Positions 37,355 to 47,626 of a stretch of DNA of 64,000 nt are shown here, piece by piece. The notes below the pieces were generated by a model. That model saw only the letters and a program-made list of their open reading frames with translations, was not told the DNA's origin and searched no databases. This stretch comes from a virus (taxonomy: Duplodnaviria; Caudoviricetes): IMG/VR virus record IMGVR_UViG_3300021431_004524, positions 128,001 through 192,000 of that record; one strand, 5' to 3'. Every line of letters starts with the position of its first letter. The stretch's first letter is position 1. The position numbers were made by a program, and so were the translations under genes.

Positions 37355-37898
37355 TAAGAAAGAATTGATAACCAAAGGTAAACACCTTGCGTTTTTGCTT
37401 AGGCATGATTTGGATGCCTTTAAAGCCGGACTTATAGATAAGAATGGTTGGAGAAGCGTTTCGGAACTTATCAGGGAACAAGGCTATACAAAACAGTTAT
37501 TGGAAGAAATAACTGATACTAACGAGAAAAAAAGGTATGAATTCAATCTTGATAAAAGTAAAATACGTGCGAGACAAGGACATTCAATACCCGTTGATGT
37601 AGAGTTAAGGGAAAGTGTTCCACCGGATGTACTATATCACGGAACAGCATCAAGATTTGTTGATTCAATACTTAAAAACGGTATTTTGAGCGGTAGTAGG
37701 CTGTATGTACACCTTTCAAGTGATAAGGAAACTGCAATTAAAGTTGGCAGCAGACATGGTACACCAGAAGTATTGAAAGTAGATGCAAAAGCAATGTATA
37801 ACGATGGATATCGATTCTTTATATCAAATAATGACGTATGGTTAACAAAAGAAGTACCCACAAAATATATCTTACTACTGTCTATTAAAAATGTTTGA
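37347..37898 (+). CDS. kptA: RNA 2'-phosphotransferase (Tpt1/KptA)
   Basis: LLRH, KKRYE, IRARQGHS, LYHGT, VHLS, WL...VP. Confidence 0.93.
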   Translation: MHNKKELITKGKHLAFLLRHDLDAFKAGLIDKNGWRSVSELIREQGYTKQLLEEITDTNEKKRYEFNLDKSKIRARQGHSIPVDVELRESVPPDVLYHGTASRFVDSILKNGILSGSRLYVHLSSDKETAIKVGSRHGTPEVLKVDAKAMYNDGYRFFISNNDVWLTKEVPTKYILLLSIKNV

Positions 37899-37930
37899 AC
37901 ATATTTATAATCATAAAAAAAAGATTAGTT

Positions 37931-39091
37931 ATGAGGAAAGTTTTTTATTTAATTTTGTTTGGAATTTCTATGGTTTTCGCATCATGTACTCGTGATGTGG
38001 ATTACGACTATGGAAAGTATGAGACGGATAAGTACAATTCCGCTTTCGTAAAAACATTTGGTGAGCCTGCAAGTAATCAGACTTGGGGTTTTGGCAATAG
38101 TACTACTGCAACAACACGTGGTGCTTACACTAATTCGAATATGTGGGAATCTGACGGCTATACAATTCCTCAGAGTATAACACAGGATGAGATTAACAGA
38201 GTACTTGAAGTATTCAATGTTAAGGGTAATGAAAAATATACGGCATTAGTTGATTGGGATTGCTTCTTTGTTCAGCAAGTTTGGAAAGGAACAGCATCTT
38301 ATACAGCCGGAAATGGTGGAACCGTTGTTGGTGGAAATCAGATGAATTGGTTGTGTGCATATGACCCGGCGGGTCATGATGACCATGTGAATAACTTTAA
38401 CAATGCAAATGGAAGTATCATGTTAATGGTTAATAGCTCAACAAGCCGTTTCGGTTACAAGTCATCAACTGACAATGGTCATGTATTCTACTATTTCAGA
38501 ATGGAGAAGATTAATGGTGCTTACTATGTAGGCTTTGACTTCTCTGCTGAAGGACAGAATACAAATGAGCAAGTTCAGCGTGATTTGATTTATAATGACT
38601 GGATTGTAAAGATTGTACCTGGTTATGGTTCTAATCCTCCTTCCAACAAACTCCGTATCATGGCAGAAGACCTTAGTGCATCAGAGGGCACTGACTTTGA
38701 CTTCAATGATGTCGTGATTGACGTTAATATCGAAAACGGAAATGCATATTGTTCACTTCTTGCTGCCGGTGGAACATTGCCACTTCGTATTGCAGGTTCG
38801 GATGATTTAGAGGTTCATAAACTGTTTGGTGTTCCGGTAAAAGAAATGGTTAATACAAAGGCCGGTCATCATCATGACTATGCTGCCGTTCCATTTGTTC
38901 TTAATGGTGTTACAGATGCGCAGAACATTAAACTTGAGGTAAAAAAGAATGGTCAGTGGCTTGAAATGACTGCAAGACAAGGACAACCAGCCGCTAAGAT
39001 TGCAGTACCACAGAGCGTAGATTGGTGCAATGAACGGCAAGGTATCAATTTCGGTGGATGGGTACAAGATGTAAATTACATTTGGTGGTAA
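37931..39091 (+). CDS. lipoprotein with DUF4842/LruC-like C-terminal domain
   Basis: Signal plus FASC lipobox from ATG 37931; AEDL...DFDFNDVV, LAAGGT. Confidence 0.7.
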   Translation: MRKVFYLILFGISMVFASCTRDVDYDYGKYETDKYNSAFVKTFGEPASNQTWGFGNSTTATTRGAYTNSNMWESDGYTIPQSITQDEINRVLEVFNVKGNEKYTALVDWDCFFVQQVWKGTASYTAGNGGTVVGGNQMNWLCAYDPAGHDDHVNNFNNANGSIMLMVNSSTSRFGYKSSTDNGHVFYYFRMEKINGAYYVGFDFSAEGQNTNEQVQRDLIYNDWIVKIVPGYGSNPPSNKLRIMAEDLSASEGTDFDFNDVVIDVNIENGNAYCSLLAAGGTLPLRIAGSDDLEVHKLFGVPVKEMVNTKAGHHHDYAAVPFVLNGVTDAQNIKLEVKKNGQWLEMTARQGQPAAKIAVPQSVDWCNERQGINFGGWVQDVNYIWW

Positions 39092-39102
39092 TAAAAAAAA
39101 AC

Positions 39103-39134
39103 AAAAGGTGGACTCTTAATTGAATCCACCTTTT
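39103..39134. terminator. bidirectional terminator
   Basis: AAAAGGTGGA...TCCACCTTTT between convergent genes. Confidence 0.75.
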
Positions 39135-39336
39135 AAATTTCCTTATAAACGATATCGTTTATTGTCGGTTTGTAAATCACATTTCCGTCATCATCTATTA
39201 GAGTATATTTTCTGACATCATCCTCATTTATCAAATACACTACATAATCATATATTTGATATCCGTCTAGAAAAGACCATCGACCTTTATCTGATACAAG
39301 TTTGAGTAGTTTCATTTTTTCTTTTATCCAATCCAT
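39133..39336 (-). CDS. hypothetical protein
   Basis: 67-aa ORF downstream of endolysin. Confidence 0.55.
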   Translation of the reverse strand: MDWIKEKMKLLKLVSDKGRWSFLDGYQIYDYVVYLINEDDVRKYTLIDDDGNVIYKPTINDIVYKEI

Positions 39337-39836
39337 TTGAAATCATTCAAGCGATTTAACCAACCTTGAAGGAATACTTTGCTAGCCGGACGGTTTTTAA
39401 CAATGTCTTCAAAATGTTTCTTACGTCTATTCCATAGTTTTTGGAATAATTCTTTCTGATTTGGATAATTATTAAGTGCAGTAAGTGTTTTAGTACCTAC
39501 TTTACCGTCAGCAGTTACTCCTAACACCGCTTGTGGGTATTTGATACCATACACACCACTTGTCCATAACCAGTCGACCACAATGTTGGCAATTGATTGG
39601 CATTCGATTTTATCTGCTTGCCATCTATCCCAAAAATGAACTTTGAAAATATAGTTCCATTGTTCTTCAGTCATATTTTTGAGGTCATTAACGGTTTTTG
39701 ACTTACCATAGATTGAGCGGAATGTTGATAATGTAACACCCCATTTAGTAGCACCTCCGGGGTCAGCAGGGTGATTTGCGAAGGTGTTTCCCTCCCATTT
39801 TCTTACAATTGGTTTCAGTTTCTTGTAGTCTGACAT
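39324..39836 (-). CDS. GH108 lysozyme (endolysin) with PG-binding C-terminus
   Basis: WEG...NHPADPGGATKWGVT, DG.VG.KT, F..GW.NR. Confidence 0.9.
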   Translation of the reverse strand: MSDYKKLKPIVRKWEGNTFANHPADPGGATKWGVTLSTFRSIYGKSKTVNDLKNMTEEQWNYIFKVHFWDRWQADKIECQSIANIVVDWLWTSGVYGIKYPQAVLGVTADGKVGTKTLTALNNYPNQKELFQKLWNRRKKHFEDIVKNRPASKVFLQGWLNRLNDFKWIG

Positions 39837-39964
39837 CTTGTTACTATTTATGTGTTTTATTTTATATAAATAAATATATTATTTAACAATCTTTAAGACA
39901 AATTATTTGGTCATTTCAGATAATAATAGTACCTTTGCATCGTTTTTATTAATGTACATCAATT

Positions 39965-40207
39965 ATGAAATTAATTAATTTAATTGGCGGATTTTTACAT
40001 CAACATTTTGAGGATTTTACCAAGCCTCTTGTTCTAACTCTTGCGTTTTTTGGAATTCTATTTGCAGTTGTCGGACATTATGGTACTATTGGTTTTAATC
40101 TGAAATGGTTTTTATTTTTTGAATTACCTTTATATCTGTTCTGTATATGGGCTTTATATGTGACATATAAATTATATAAGAAAGCGAAGAAATTTAACAA
40201 AAATTAA
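39965..40207 (+). CDS. small membrane protein
   Basis: Two hydrophobic segments and basic tail. Confidence 0.6.
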   Translation: MKLINLIGGFLHQHFEDFTKPLVLTLAFFGILFAVVGHYGTIGFNLKWFLFFELPLYLFCIWALYVTYKLYKKAKKFNKN

Positions 40208-40278
40208 CAGAAAATATTTGGTACTTTTAAAAATTCATAGTATCTTTGCACACAAATTAAGTAAAAAATATAAAAACT

Positions 40279-40977
40279 ATGGCAAAAGGAAATTTTTTGA
40301 AGGCAATTGCAAGTGCATTTGTTGAAGTACAAGACGAAGAGGGACAAGTAAATGAAGGCCAGAGTACGCCTCCGACTTCAATTGTTTCACCTGTTATGGC
40401 AACGCCTGTTCAATCTGCACCGACAGTCGGACAACCCGTCGTAAATTCAGACGGTACAATTCAGGGACAACTTGATAATAAACTGTTTGAACAACTTTGT
40501 GAGGTTGTAGAGGAAAGCAATATTCCCGGACCTGACTATGTTGAACTTACCAAGGCTGCACAGAATGATGCGATTAAGGCTGTTATTCCTGATGAGAACG
40601 CCCGTTTCATGACAGCATACATCAGTATCAAGGCTACTGCCCCACAGTTAACTAAAAAGGTCGTACTTGACAGTATTGACAGTTATGTTAAGATTCTTGA
40701 GAATGAGCGAAAGAACGGTTTGGAGGAACTCCATACAAAGTGGGTTGAGAACGTTGAGAATCCGGAGAATGAGGTTACGGCTGCACAGGAGGAAATCGTA
40801 ACACTGCAAAAGAAACTCCAAGACAAGATTCAATTTGTTGCTGAACAGAAGACGAAGATTGCGAACGCTAAGAATGAGCATAACATCAAGAAGGCTAATT
40901 TCAACTTCACGTTTGATGTATTTGTCAAGAAACTTTTGGATGATAAGGCACGACTTGATTCAATTCTTCAAGATTAA
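40279..40977 (+). CDS. coiled-coil protein associated with ABC module
   Basis: PGPDY.E motif, C-terminal coiled coil. Confidence 0.72.
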   Translation: MAKGNFLKAIASAFVEVQDEEGQVNEGQSTPPTSIVSPVMATPVQSAPTVGQPVVNSDGTIQGQLDNKLFEQLCEVVEESNIPGPDYVELTKAAQNDAIKAVIPDENARFMTAYISIKATAPQLTKKVVLDSIDSYVKILENERKNGLEELHTKWVENVENPENEVTAAQEEIVTLQKKLQDKIQFVAEQKTKIANAKNEHNIKKANFNFTFDVFVKKLLDDKARLDSILQD

Positions 40978-41004
40978 TTAACTAATAAAAAAGAATAGAA
41001 AGAT

Positions 41005-42075
41005 ATGAATGATTTAATGGTGACAAACAATTCACAGACTAAAATTTCACCTTGGGAGAAGCCGGGTGGTACACTTGGCTTGGTAGTAGCTGGCGGTGCT
41101 GTGGCCGGTGGTGCTATACTGTTGTATAAGATTCTGCCGTTTCTTATCACACTGACAACCAATATCCTTACACTTGGTATGCTTGTGGCTGTATTGTCCG
41201 GTATTGCATTCCTTATTTCGGATAAGAGGTTTAGGAAAACAGTATCAATGGTGTATTTCCTTATTATGCGTAAGATTACAGGTCTTATCATCGAAATTGA
41301 CCCAATTGCCATTGTAGAGGCTAAGGTTAAGGAAATGAAGGAGAAAATCTTGGTAATCGAGAAACAGATGGGTAATATCAAGGGTCTTATTACGCAGAAT
41401 CAACGTAGAGTCGATGATAAAAAGGCTGAATTGGAGAAGCAACTTGGTATGCTTAAGCAGTATGAGCAGCGCAATATGCTTGACCGTGCAAAAGTTACAC
41501 AGCGTCAGGTAGTACGTCTGCAAGGTGCTGTTGAGAGACAGTCAAAGCGTCTTGAGGACTCGAAGAAATGGATGGAAATCCTTAAAAAGTTGAAAGAGCG
41601 TGCTGATTTGGTTGTCGTTGACACTGAAAATGAGGTTAATGACCGTAAGGAGGAATATGAGTCAATCAAGGCACAACATAAGGCCTTCTCTTCAATTATG
41701 TCTATCATTAAGGGTAATCCTGATGATTTGGAGGACTTCACTCATGCAATGGACTACATGGCTTACGATATTTCCATGCGACTTGGCGAAATGTCTAATG
41801 TCATTGACGAGACCGGTGGCTTGCTCTCACAGATTAGTGTTGAGGACGGTGTAACATCGGAAAAGGCTGCACAGTTGCTTCAGAAGTATGAGAATGAGGG
41901 TATTGAGGGTTTGTTCAGTACAAATAATACGGAAACATATAAGACAAAGGCTGTCGAGAATCAAAAGGCCGTGTTTGACCTTAATTCACTTAATAGTGCA
42001 AGGTATGAGGAACAAGTACCAATTGAGGTTAATACATCTGAGAAAGCCCCTGCCAAGAGAAGTTATTTCAATTGA
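41005..42075 (+). CDS. membrane-anchored PspA/IM30-like coiled-coil protein
   Basis: Two N-terminal TM segments, DP then long heptad region. Confidence 0.6.
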   Translation: MNDLMVTNNSQTKISPWEKPGGTLGLVVAGGAVAGGAILLYKILPFLITLTTNILTLGMLVAVLSGIAFLISDKRFRKTVSMVYFLIMRKITGLIIEIDPIAIVEAKVKEMKEKILVIEKQMGNIKGLITQNQRRVDDKKAELEKQLGMLKQYEQRNMLDRAKVTQRQVVRLQGAVERQSKRLEDSKKWMEILKKLKERADLVVVDTENEVNDRKEEYESIKAQHKAFSSIMSIIKGNPDDLEDFTHAMDYMAYDISMRLGEMSNVIDETGGLLSQISVEDGVTSEKAAQLLQKYENEGIEGLFSTNNTETYKTKAVENQKAVFDLNSLNSARYEEQVPIEVNTSEKAPAKRSYFN

Positions 42076-42094
42076 TATAAAATAGGTTAATAAT

Positions 42095-42574
42095 ATGGCT
42101 ACAAGAGGAACAATTGTAATTAAGATTAAGGATGAAGACCTTGGTAAAAAGGTAAAGGTTAATCCTACTTATCTTACTAAGGATGAAGAGAGAATTAATA
42201 AGTATGAAACCAAGTGTTTCGAAGTAGAGTTAAGCAAGAAGTATGCTGAAATCTACCAACATTGGGATAGTTACCCAGAGGGACTTGGCACTTCACTTGT
42301 GAAGTATTGGGACACTTACGATAAGGTGTTAAATCTCATTCTTGGTGGCGATGCAAGTAGTGTAGATTCTGATGTAACAGGTTATGTTGCAATGGAAGAC
42401 CGTGATGAACAATATAAAGACTTGCAACCTAACTTTACCGATGAGTGCCCGCGTGTTAGTGAAGAATGGCAATATCTCTTCGATGAAGATGGTAAATGGT
42501 ATGTCCGTGATGGTTATAGGGTTAAGAAATGGATGTTGGTAAGCGAGTATCTCACAAAACATTCTGATGATTAA
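42095..42574 (+). CDS. hypothetical phage protein
   Basis: MATRG...IY.HWD.YP.G.G..L motif. Confidence 0.72.
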   Translation: MATRGTIVIKIKDEDLGKKVKVNPTYLTKDEERINKYETKCFEVELSKKYAEIYQHWDSYPEGLGTSLVKYWDTYDKVLNLILGGDASSVDSDVTGYVAMEDRDEQYKDLQPNFTDECPRVSEEWQYLFDEDGKWYVRDGYRVKKWMLVSEYLTKHSDD

Positions 42575-42698
42575 CACTTTTTAACGAAAATTATTTGGTA
42601 GTGTGGAAAATTTGTATTACCTTTGCACTACCAAATTTGGAAAGAGAGAATTAAAAACAAAAGTTTAACAAAAAAAAAGTAAATTAATAAAAAGAATT

Positions 42699-44270
42699 AT
42701 GGCAAAAGTTATTGTAAAAAGCTGGGTTCGCTACACAGGGATTATTCTCGCAGTCGCAGCAATTGTGTTTGGTCTTTGGTGGATGGGACAGTCATCTGAT
42801 GGAAGTAAGGACACTAAGGGTGTATTCACCAGTGTATTCGGTGGTGGTGACAAGAATGTAATCACCGTTGGAACTAACACCTATGCGGGTTTCCTTCCAT
42901 TTATGTATCTCAACAACGGTCTTGACCCGAATGAGGAAAGCATCATCTATAAGGATTATGGTATTAAGTTGAAGATTGTAATTCAGGATGATTTCCAAGC
43001 AGGACGTTCAGCATTCCGTAATGGTGATATTGATATCATCTATTGTACGGCAGATGCTCTACCTGTTGAAATGTCAGAGGGTTCGGAAATGGCAGATTCA
43101 CGTTTCTTCAATATTTCCAACTGGTCACGTGGTGCTGATGCTATTGTAGTGAATAAGAACGTTCAGACGGTTGGTAATCTTATCGGTAAGGTCGTTGCTT
43201 GCTCTGAGGGCACTGCAAGTCATACACTTCTTCTGAATACCCTTGAAACCAACGGTATCGGCTATGATAAAGTGAATACGGGTTCGAATATTGACCCGAA
43301 TAAGGTGAATATTAAGGTTGTGGCAAGCGGTCTTGATGCGGCGGCAATTTTCAAGGCAGGACAGTGTGATGCCGCAGTAGTGTTCTCACCTGATGACCAA
43401 GACATTGTAGCAACGGTTAATGGTGCAAAGGTTCTTGTATCGACCAAGCAGGCAAGTAGCATTATTTGTGACGGACTTATTGCGAAGCAGTCTTATCTTG
43501 ATGCAAACCGTGAGAATGTTAAGAAGTTGATTTCAGCACTTCTTATGGCTAATGTGAAGATGAATACCGAGCCAAAGGCTGTTGAGCAGGCAGCAAAGGC
43601 ATTCGCTAAGGGTTATGGTACTGACGAGCAGTTTGCAATTGACGGTTCAAAGAACATCCATTATGTAACACTTGGTGATGAAGCTAATTTCTTCGGTTTG
43701 AACGCATCTTACACAGGCGTACAGGGTTCGGAACTCTATTCTAAGATGGCACGTACATATTCAGGACTTAAACTCTGTAAGTCGCCACTTTCATGGAATA
43801 AGGTATCAGACAGTTCAATTATCGAGGAACTTGTGGCAGACCCGTCCGGTGTAAAGGGTGAGCAGTCAGCAGAAAAGGCTAAGACATTCACAGCACCTAC
43901 AAAGGAGATTGAGACAGCCGCAGCAATGTCAACCAAAAAGGTAACTATCGATTATCCAAGTGGTAGTGATGTTCTTGATAATGATGCTAAAGCAGTAATT
44001 GACCGTGAGTTCGTAGGTATTGCAAAGCAGTTCAATGGTTCACGTATCCGAATTGAGGGTAATACCGATGCAACCGGTTCTGATGCAGTCAATGTACCAC
44101 TTTCTAAGGCACGCGCTCAGTCAGTAGCCAATTATCTCATCAAAGAGTATGGATTTGACAAGAACCGCTTCATCATTGTCGGTAATGGTTCAAAGAAGGC
44201 TATTGCTGATGGTGTTACGGGGGCAAATCAGAATTACCGTACAACTGATTTCGAGTTGATTAACGAGTGA
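42699..44270 (+). CDS. ABC substrate-binding protein (NMT1/SsuA-like) fused to OmpA-like peptidoglycan-binding domain
   Basis: N-terminal TM; WSRGADAIV; C-terminal IEGNTD..G....N..LS..RA..V. Confidence 0.85.
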   Translation: MAKVIVKSWVRYTGIILAVAAIVFGLWWMGQSSDGSKDTKGVFTSVFGGGDKNVITVGTNTYAGFLPFMYLNNGLDPNEESIIYKDYGIKLKIVIQDDFQAGRSAFRNGDIDIIYCTADALPVEMSEGSEMADSRFFNISNWSRGADAIVVNKNVQTVGNLIGKVVACSEGTASHTLLLNTLETNGIGYDKVNTGSNIDPNKVNIKVVASGLDAAAIFKAGQCDAAVVFSPDDQDIVATVNGAKVLVSTKQASSIICDGLIAKQSYLDANRENVKKLISALLMANVKMNTEPKAVEQAAKAFAKGYGTDEQFAIDGSKNIHYVTLGDEANFFGLNASYTGVQGSELYSKMARTYSGLKLCKSPLSWNKVSDSSIIEELVADPSGVKGEQSAEKAKTFTAPTKEIETAAAMSTKKVTIDYPSGSDVLDNDAKAVIDREFVGIAKQFNGSRIRIEGNTDATGSDAVNVPLSKARAQSVANYLIKEYGFDKNRFIIVGNGSKKAIADGVTGANQNYRTTDFELINE

Positions 44271-44361
44271 TTTCAATTTCTTTCAAAATATAATATAAGT
44301 TCGATGGAGTGGTTGACTAAAAAGTTGGTCACTCCATTTTTAAACTAAAAAAATTCTTTCA

Positions 44362-45183
44362 ATGTTTAAAAAGTTATTCAAATTTGGTGGAGAAAGCGAC
44401 TTTGGTACTGTACAGAATATCATAATAAGTGTCGTTGGATTCATCATTATCATTTTAGGTTGGCATTTCATATCAGTAAATGAAATTATACCGACTAACA
44501 TTCTTCCTGACCCATTTAAGGTGGCCGGAAGTTATGGGACACTGATAAGTGAGTATCATATGTTCGGTAATGCATGGTTCAGCCTTAAAATGAATTTACT
44601 TTGTTATGTATATGCTATCGGTTTGTCATTGCCAATAGGTTTTATTATCACTTTATGCCCATTACTTAATTTGTTAATCAGTAAATACATAACGAGTATT
44701 AGATTTCTTCCATTTGTGGCAATAAGTTCGATATTCGTTTCAATTTTCGGCCTTACATTTAACATGAAGGTATGGTTTTTGACCGCTGCATTGATGGTGT
44801 ATATCATTCCTGCAATTGTCAATAAGATTAATGATTTGCAGAATCCTAAGAATGATAAGGATAATGTATATCTTCAGACAATTCAGACAATGGGTGCGTC
44901 CAATTGGGAAAAGTTCAGATATGTATATTGGCCGTATGTAACGAGTGGTGTTGCTGATACATGCCGTGATTTGCTTGCTGTCAGTTGGACATATGTAACT
45001 GTAGCAGAGTTGATTTATAAGGATGGAGAGATTACAGGTCTTGGTGCATCAATTAATACCATGATTAGGCAGTCGCACATACCAGAGGCATATGCTCTTA
45101 TTGTACTGATTATTGCAATTGGCTTTGCGCAGGATTTTGTTTTTGCTAAATTAATTAAGAAGTTGTTTCCATATAAAAATTAA
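44362..45183 (+). CDS. ABC transporter permease (SsuC/TauC-like)
   Basis: LPDP..V, multiple TMs, TMGAS.W, W.YV.VAE. Confidence 0.85.
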   Translation: MFKKLFKFGGESDFGTVQNIIISVVGFIIIILGWHFISVNEIIPTNILPDPFKVAGSYGTLISEYHMFGNAWFSLKMNLLCYVYAIGLSLPIGFIITLCPLLNLLISKYITSIRFLPFVAISSIFVSIFGLTFNMKVWFLTAALMVYIIPAIVNKINDLQNPKNDKDNVYLQTIQTMGASNWEKFRYVYWPYVTSGVADTCRDLLAVSWTYVTVAELIYKDGEITGLGASINTMIRQSHIPEAYALIVLIIAIGFAQDFVFAKLIKKLFPYKN

Positions 45184-45188
45184 TTGAA

Positions 45189-46193
45189 ATGGGTAATTTA
45201 TTTTCAAATATATTGAAGGAAGATGTTGCTGGAAAGACAGTAAACGAAACTACGGATAAAGGTCCTGGTGAAACCGTTGCATGTTCACCATCTGAGATTG
45301 TTTCTGTGTTAAAAGACCATGTTGCACCTGATATTACGACCAAGGAGGTGGAAATGGTTAGAGAGCAATGTAAGGAAAGTGCAATTGTTCCTACTAAGAA
45401 ACATGACGGTGAATATGAAGCGGAAAACACTCCTAATGTTATTGACTTTGAAAATGTAACAGTAAAATTTGGTGATTTTACATTGTTTGATAAATTGAAT
45501 TTCTCAATACCCGATTTTAAGGGTGAAGGGCAGTTTATCGCAATTATGGGTAGTAGTGGAAGCGGTAAAAGCCAAATGGCACGTCTGATTTCTGGACTTA
45601 AAAGGCCAAATGAGGGCGTTGTTAAGATGTATGGTAAGCCTTATGATGAGAAAACACATGTTCCGATGGTATTCCAACAGTATTCTTCATTTCCTTGGAT
45701 GACAGTTCTTGAAAATGTCGCTTTGCCATTGAAAATGAAAGGAGTTGGCAAAGAGGAACGTGAAGCAAAGGCTATGGAAATCCTTAAACTTGTCGGACTT
45801 GAAGGACATGAGCAGAAATGGGCGCAATATCCGGCATTATCTGGCGGACAGTTGCAGCGAGTCTCTTTGGCTCGTAATCTTGCAGGTGATTCTCAGATTA
45901 TGATACTTGATGAATACAGTTCCGGTCTTGATACAGCATCAAAGGCATCAATGCAGGACATCTTGCTTAAATTGTTCTATGATGATAGTGTTGACCGTAC
46001 ATTTATCATGATTACGCATGATATTAATGAGGCAATATATCTGTCACAGAGAGTTTATCTGCTTGATGCTAAGACACACACATTCGGTGATGTCGTGGAT
46101 GTTAAGTTTGATGGAAAACGTGATAGGAATATCATTAATACACCAAAGTATCAGGAATACTACAATAGAATTGAAAGATTCTTTAACAAGTAA
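45189..46193 (+). CDS. ABC transporter ATP-binding protein (SsuB/TauB-like)
   Basis: GSSGSGKS, VFQ, LSGGQ.QR, ILDE, ITHD. Confidence 0.92.
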   Translation: MGNLFSNILKEDVAGKTVNETTDKGPGETVACSPSEIVSVLKDHVAPDITTKEVEMVREQCKESAIVPTKKHDGEYEAENTPNVIDFENVTVKFGDFTLFDKLNFSIPDFKGEGQFIAIMGSSGSGKSQMARLISGLKRPNEGVVKMYGKPYDEKTHVPMVFQQYSSFPWMTVLENVALPLKMKGVGKEEREAKAMEILKLVGLEGHEQKWAQYPALSGGQLQRVSLARNLAGDSQIMILDEYSSGLDTASKASMQDILLKLFYDDSVDRTFIMITHDINEAIYLSQRVYLLDAKTHTFGDVVDVKFDGKRDRNIINTPKYQEYYNRIERFFNK

Positions 46194-46479
46194 TTCTCTC
46201 TACAATATATAATAAGGTATACAGAAAATGGCCAAGGTGAAATATCCTTGACCATTTTTTTTTTATATATTATTGACATTTTCCACGATAATGGTATATT
46301 TATATCTGAAGTCAGGTAGAAAAAGATGGCACTCTTGCTAATTTGTTAGGGAATCTATATTCCGAGAGTATACGATGAACTTCAAATAGACATATTTTTA
46401 GGGAAAAATTGAAAGCTGTTGCCATTTTAATATTTAGGACATTATAAAAATAAATTAAGATAAAAGTTTTACATAATAA

Positions 46480-47622
46480 ATGGCAAATAAACACATACAA
46501 CACGTAAAGAGTAACGTTGTCAATACAGATGCCCAGGGTAATAAATCACCTAAGCTTCCTGAAGTTGGAAATATTCTTGAAGGTGAGCTTGCTGTGAACT
46601 ATGCTGATGGTTATGAACGTATTTCTTTGAAGAATACAAATAATGAGATTGTTCAGTTTGTACCAAAGGATTATGTCGATGCTGCTGATAACACAAAGGC
46701 CGCTAGTAACCACGTTCATGGTAATATTGGAAATGGTGGTGCATTGACTGACACTGCTGCTGCTTCTGCTACTGATGACTGTATCGTCATTAGGGACGCA
46801 AGTAACAATAAGATTCAGACCTCTACAACTAAGGGTACTGATGTTGCTGATGCTATTAATAAAAAGCATACACATAACAACATTACTTTGAGTACTACGG
46901 CTCAGGCTTATGACGATAAGGAACATACGATTCAACTCCCTGCAAGTGACCCATATGTCAGTGCCCGTACCCCAGTTTCACATACACATGGTAATATATC
47001 CAATTCAGGTACGTTAAATGATACGGCTGCTGATGCTGCCGGTAATGACTATGTTGTTATTAGAGATGCTGACAACGGCAAGATTCAGACTTCTACAATC
47101 AAAGGTGTTGATGTGGCTGATGCCATTTCTAAGAAACACAGCCATAGTAATAAAGCGGAATTAGATAAGATTAATAGTGGTGATGTCGCTAAATGGAATG
47201 GTGCTGTAACAGGTAGTGTAACCTCCGTTTCATATGATACCACTAATAAAAAGATAACTAAAACAATTAACAATACGACATCTGATGTCGTGACGGCTTC
47301 AACTATTGTTACTGATGGTGGTGGTATCAAAGCACATGCTACACATAAATTAAACGCAACCAATGGAACTGCTTCAGCCGTAAGCCAAGGAACTGAGATT
47401 ACTTATGTTGAATCTTTGAGTGGTACTACAACAGCTACTTCCGGCGATTTGTCAGTGTCTTCAACAAGAAAGAAGATTACAGTACCTGCAATTCCGGCTT
47501 CACTTCCTGCAAATGGAGGTAATGCTGATACTGTTGATAATTTCCATTTTGTGAAGATATCACAGCAAGATTATGATAATTTAACAACAAAAGATTCTAA
47601 TACATTTTATATTATAAATTAA
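46480..47622 (+). CDS. tail-fibre-like protein with HxH repeats
   Basis: GELAVNY N-terminus; duplicated H.HGNI...IRDA.N.KIQTST.KG.DVADAI.KKH.H; PANGGNAD. Confidence 0.7.
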   Translation: MANKHIQHVKSNVVNTDAQGNKSPKLPEVGNILEGELAVNYADGYERISLKNTNNEIVQFVPKDYVDAADNTKAASNHVHGNIGNGGALTDTAAASATDDCIVIRDASNNKIQTSTTKGTDVADAINKKHTHNNITLSTTAQAYDDKEHTIQLPASDPYVSARTPVSHTHGNISNSGTLNDTAADAAGNDYVVIRDADNGKIQTSTIKGVDVADAISKKHSHSNKAELDKINSGDVAKWNGAVTGSVTSVSYDTTNKKITKTINNTTSDVVTASTIVTDGGGIKAHATHKLNATNGTASAVSQGTEITYVESLSGTTTATSGDLSVSSTRKKITVPAIPASLPANGGNADTVDNFHFVKISQQDYDNLTTKDSNTFYIIN

Positions 47623-47626
47623 AATT

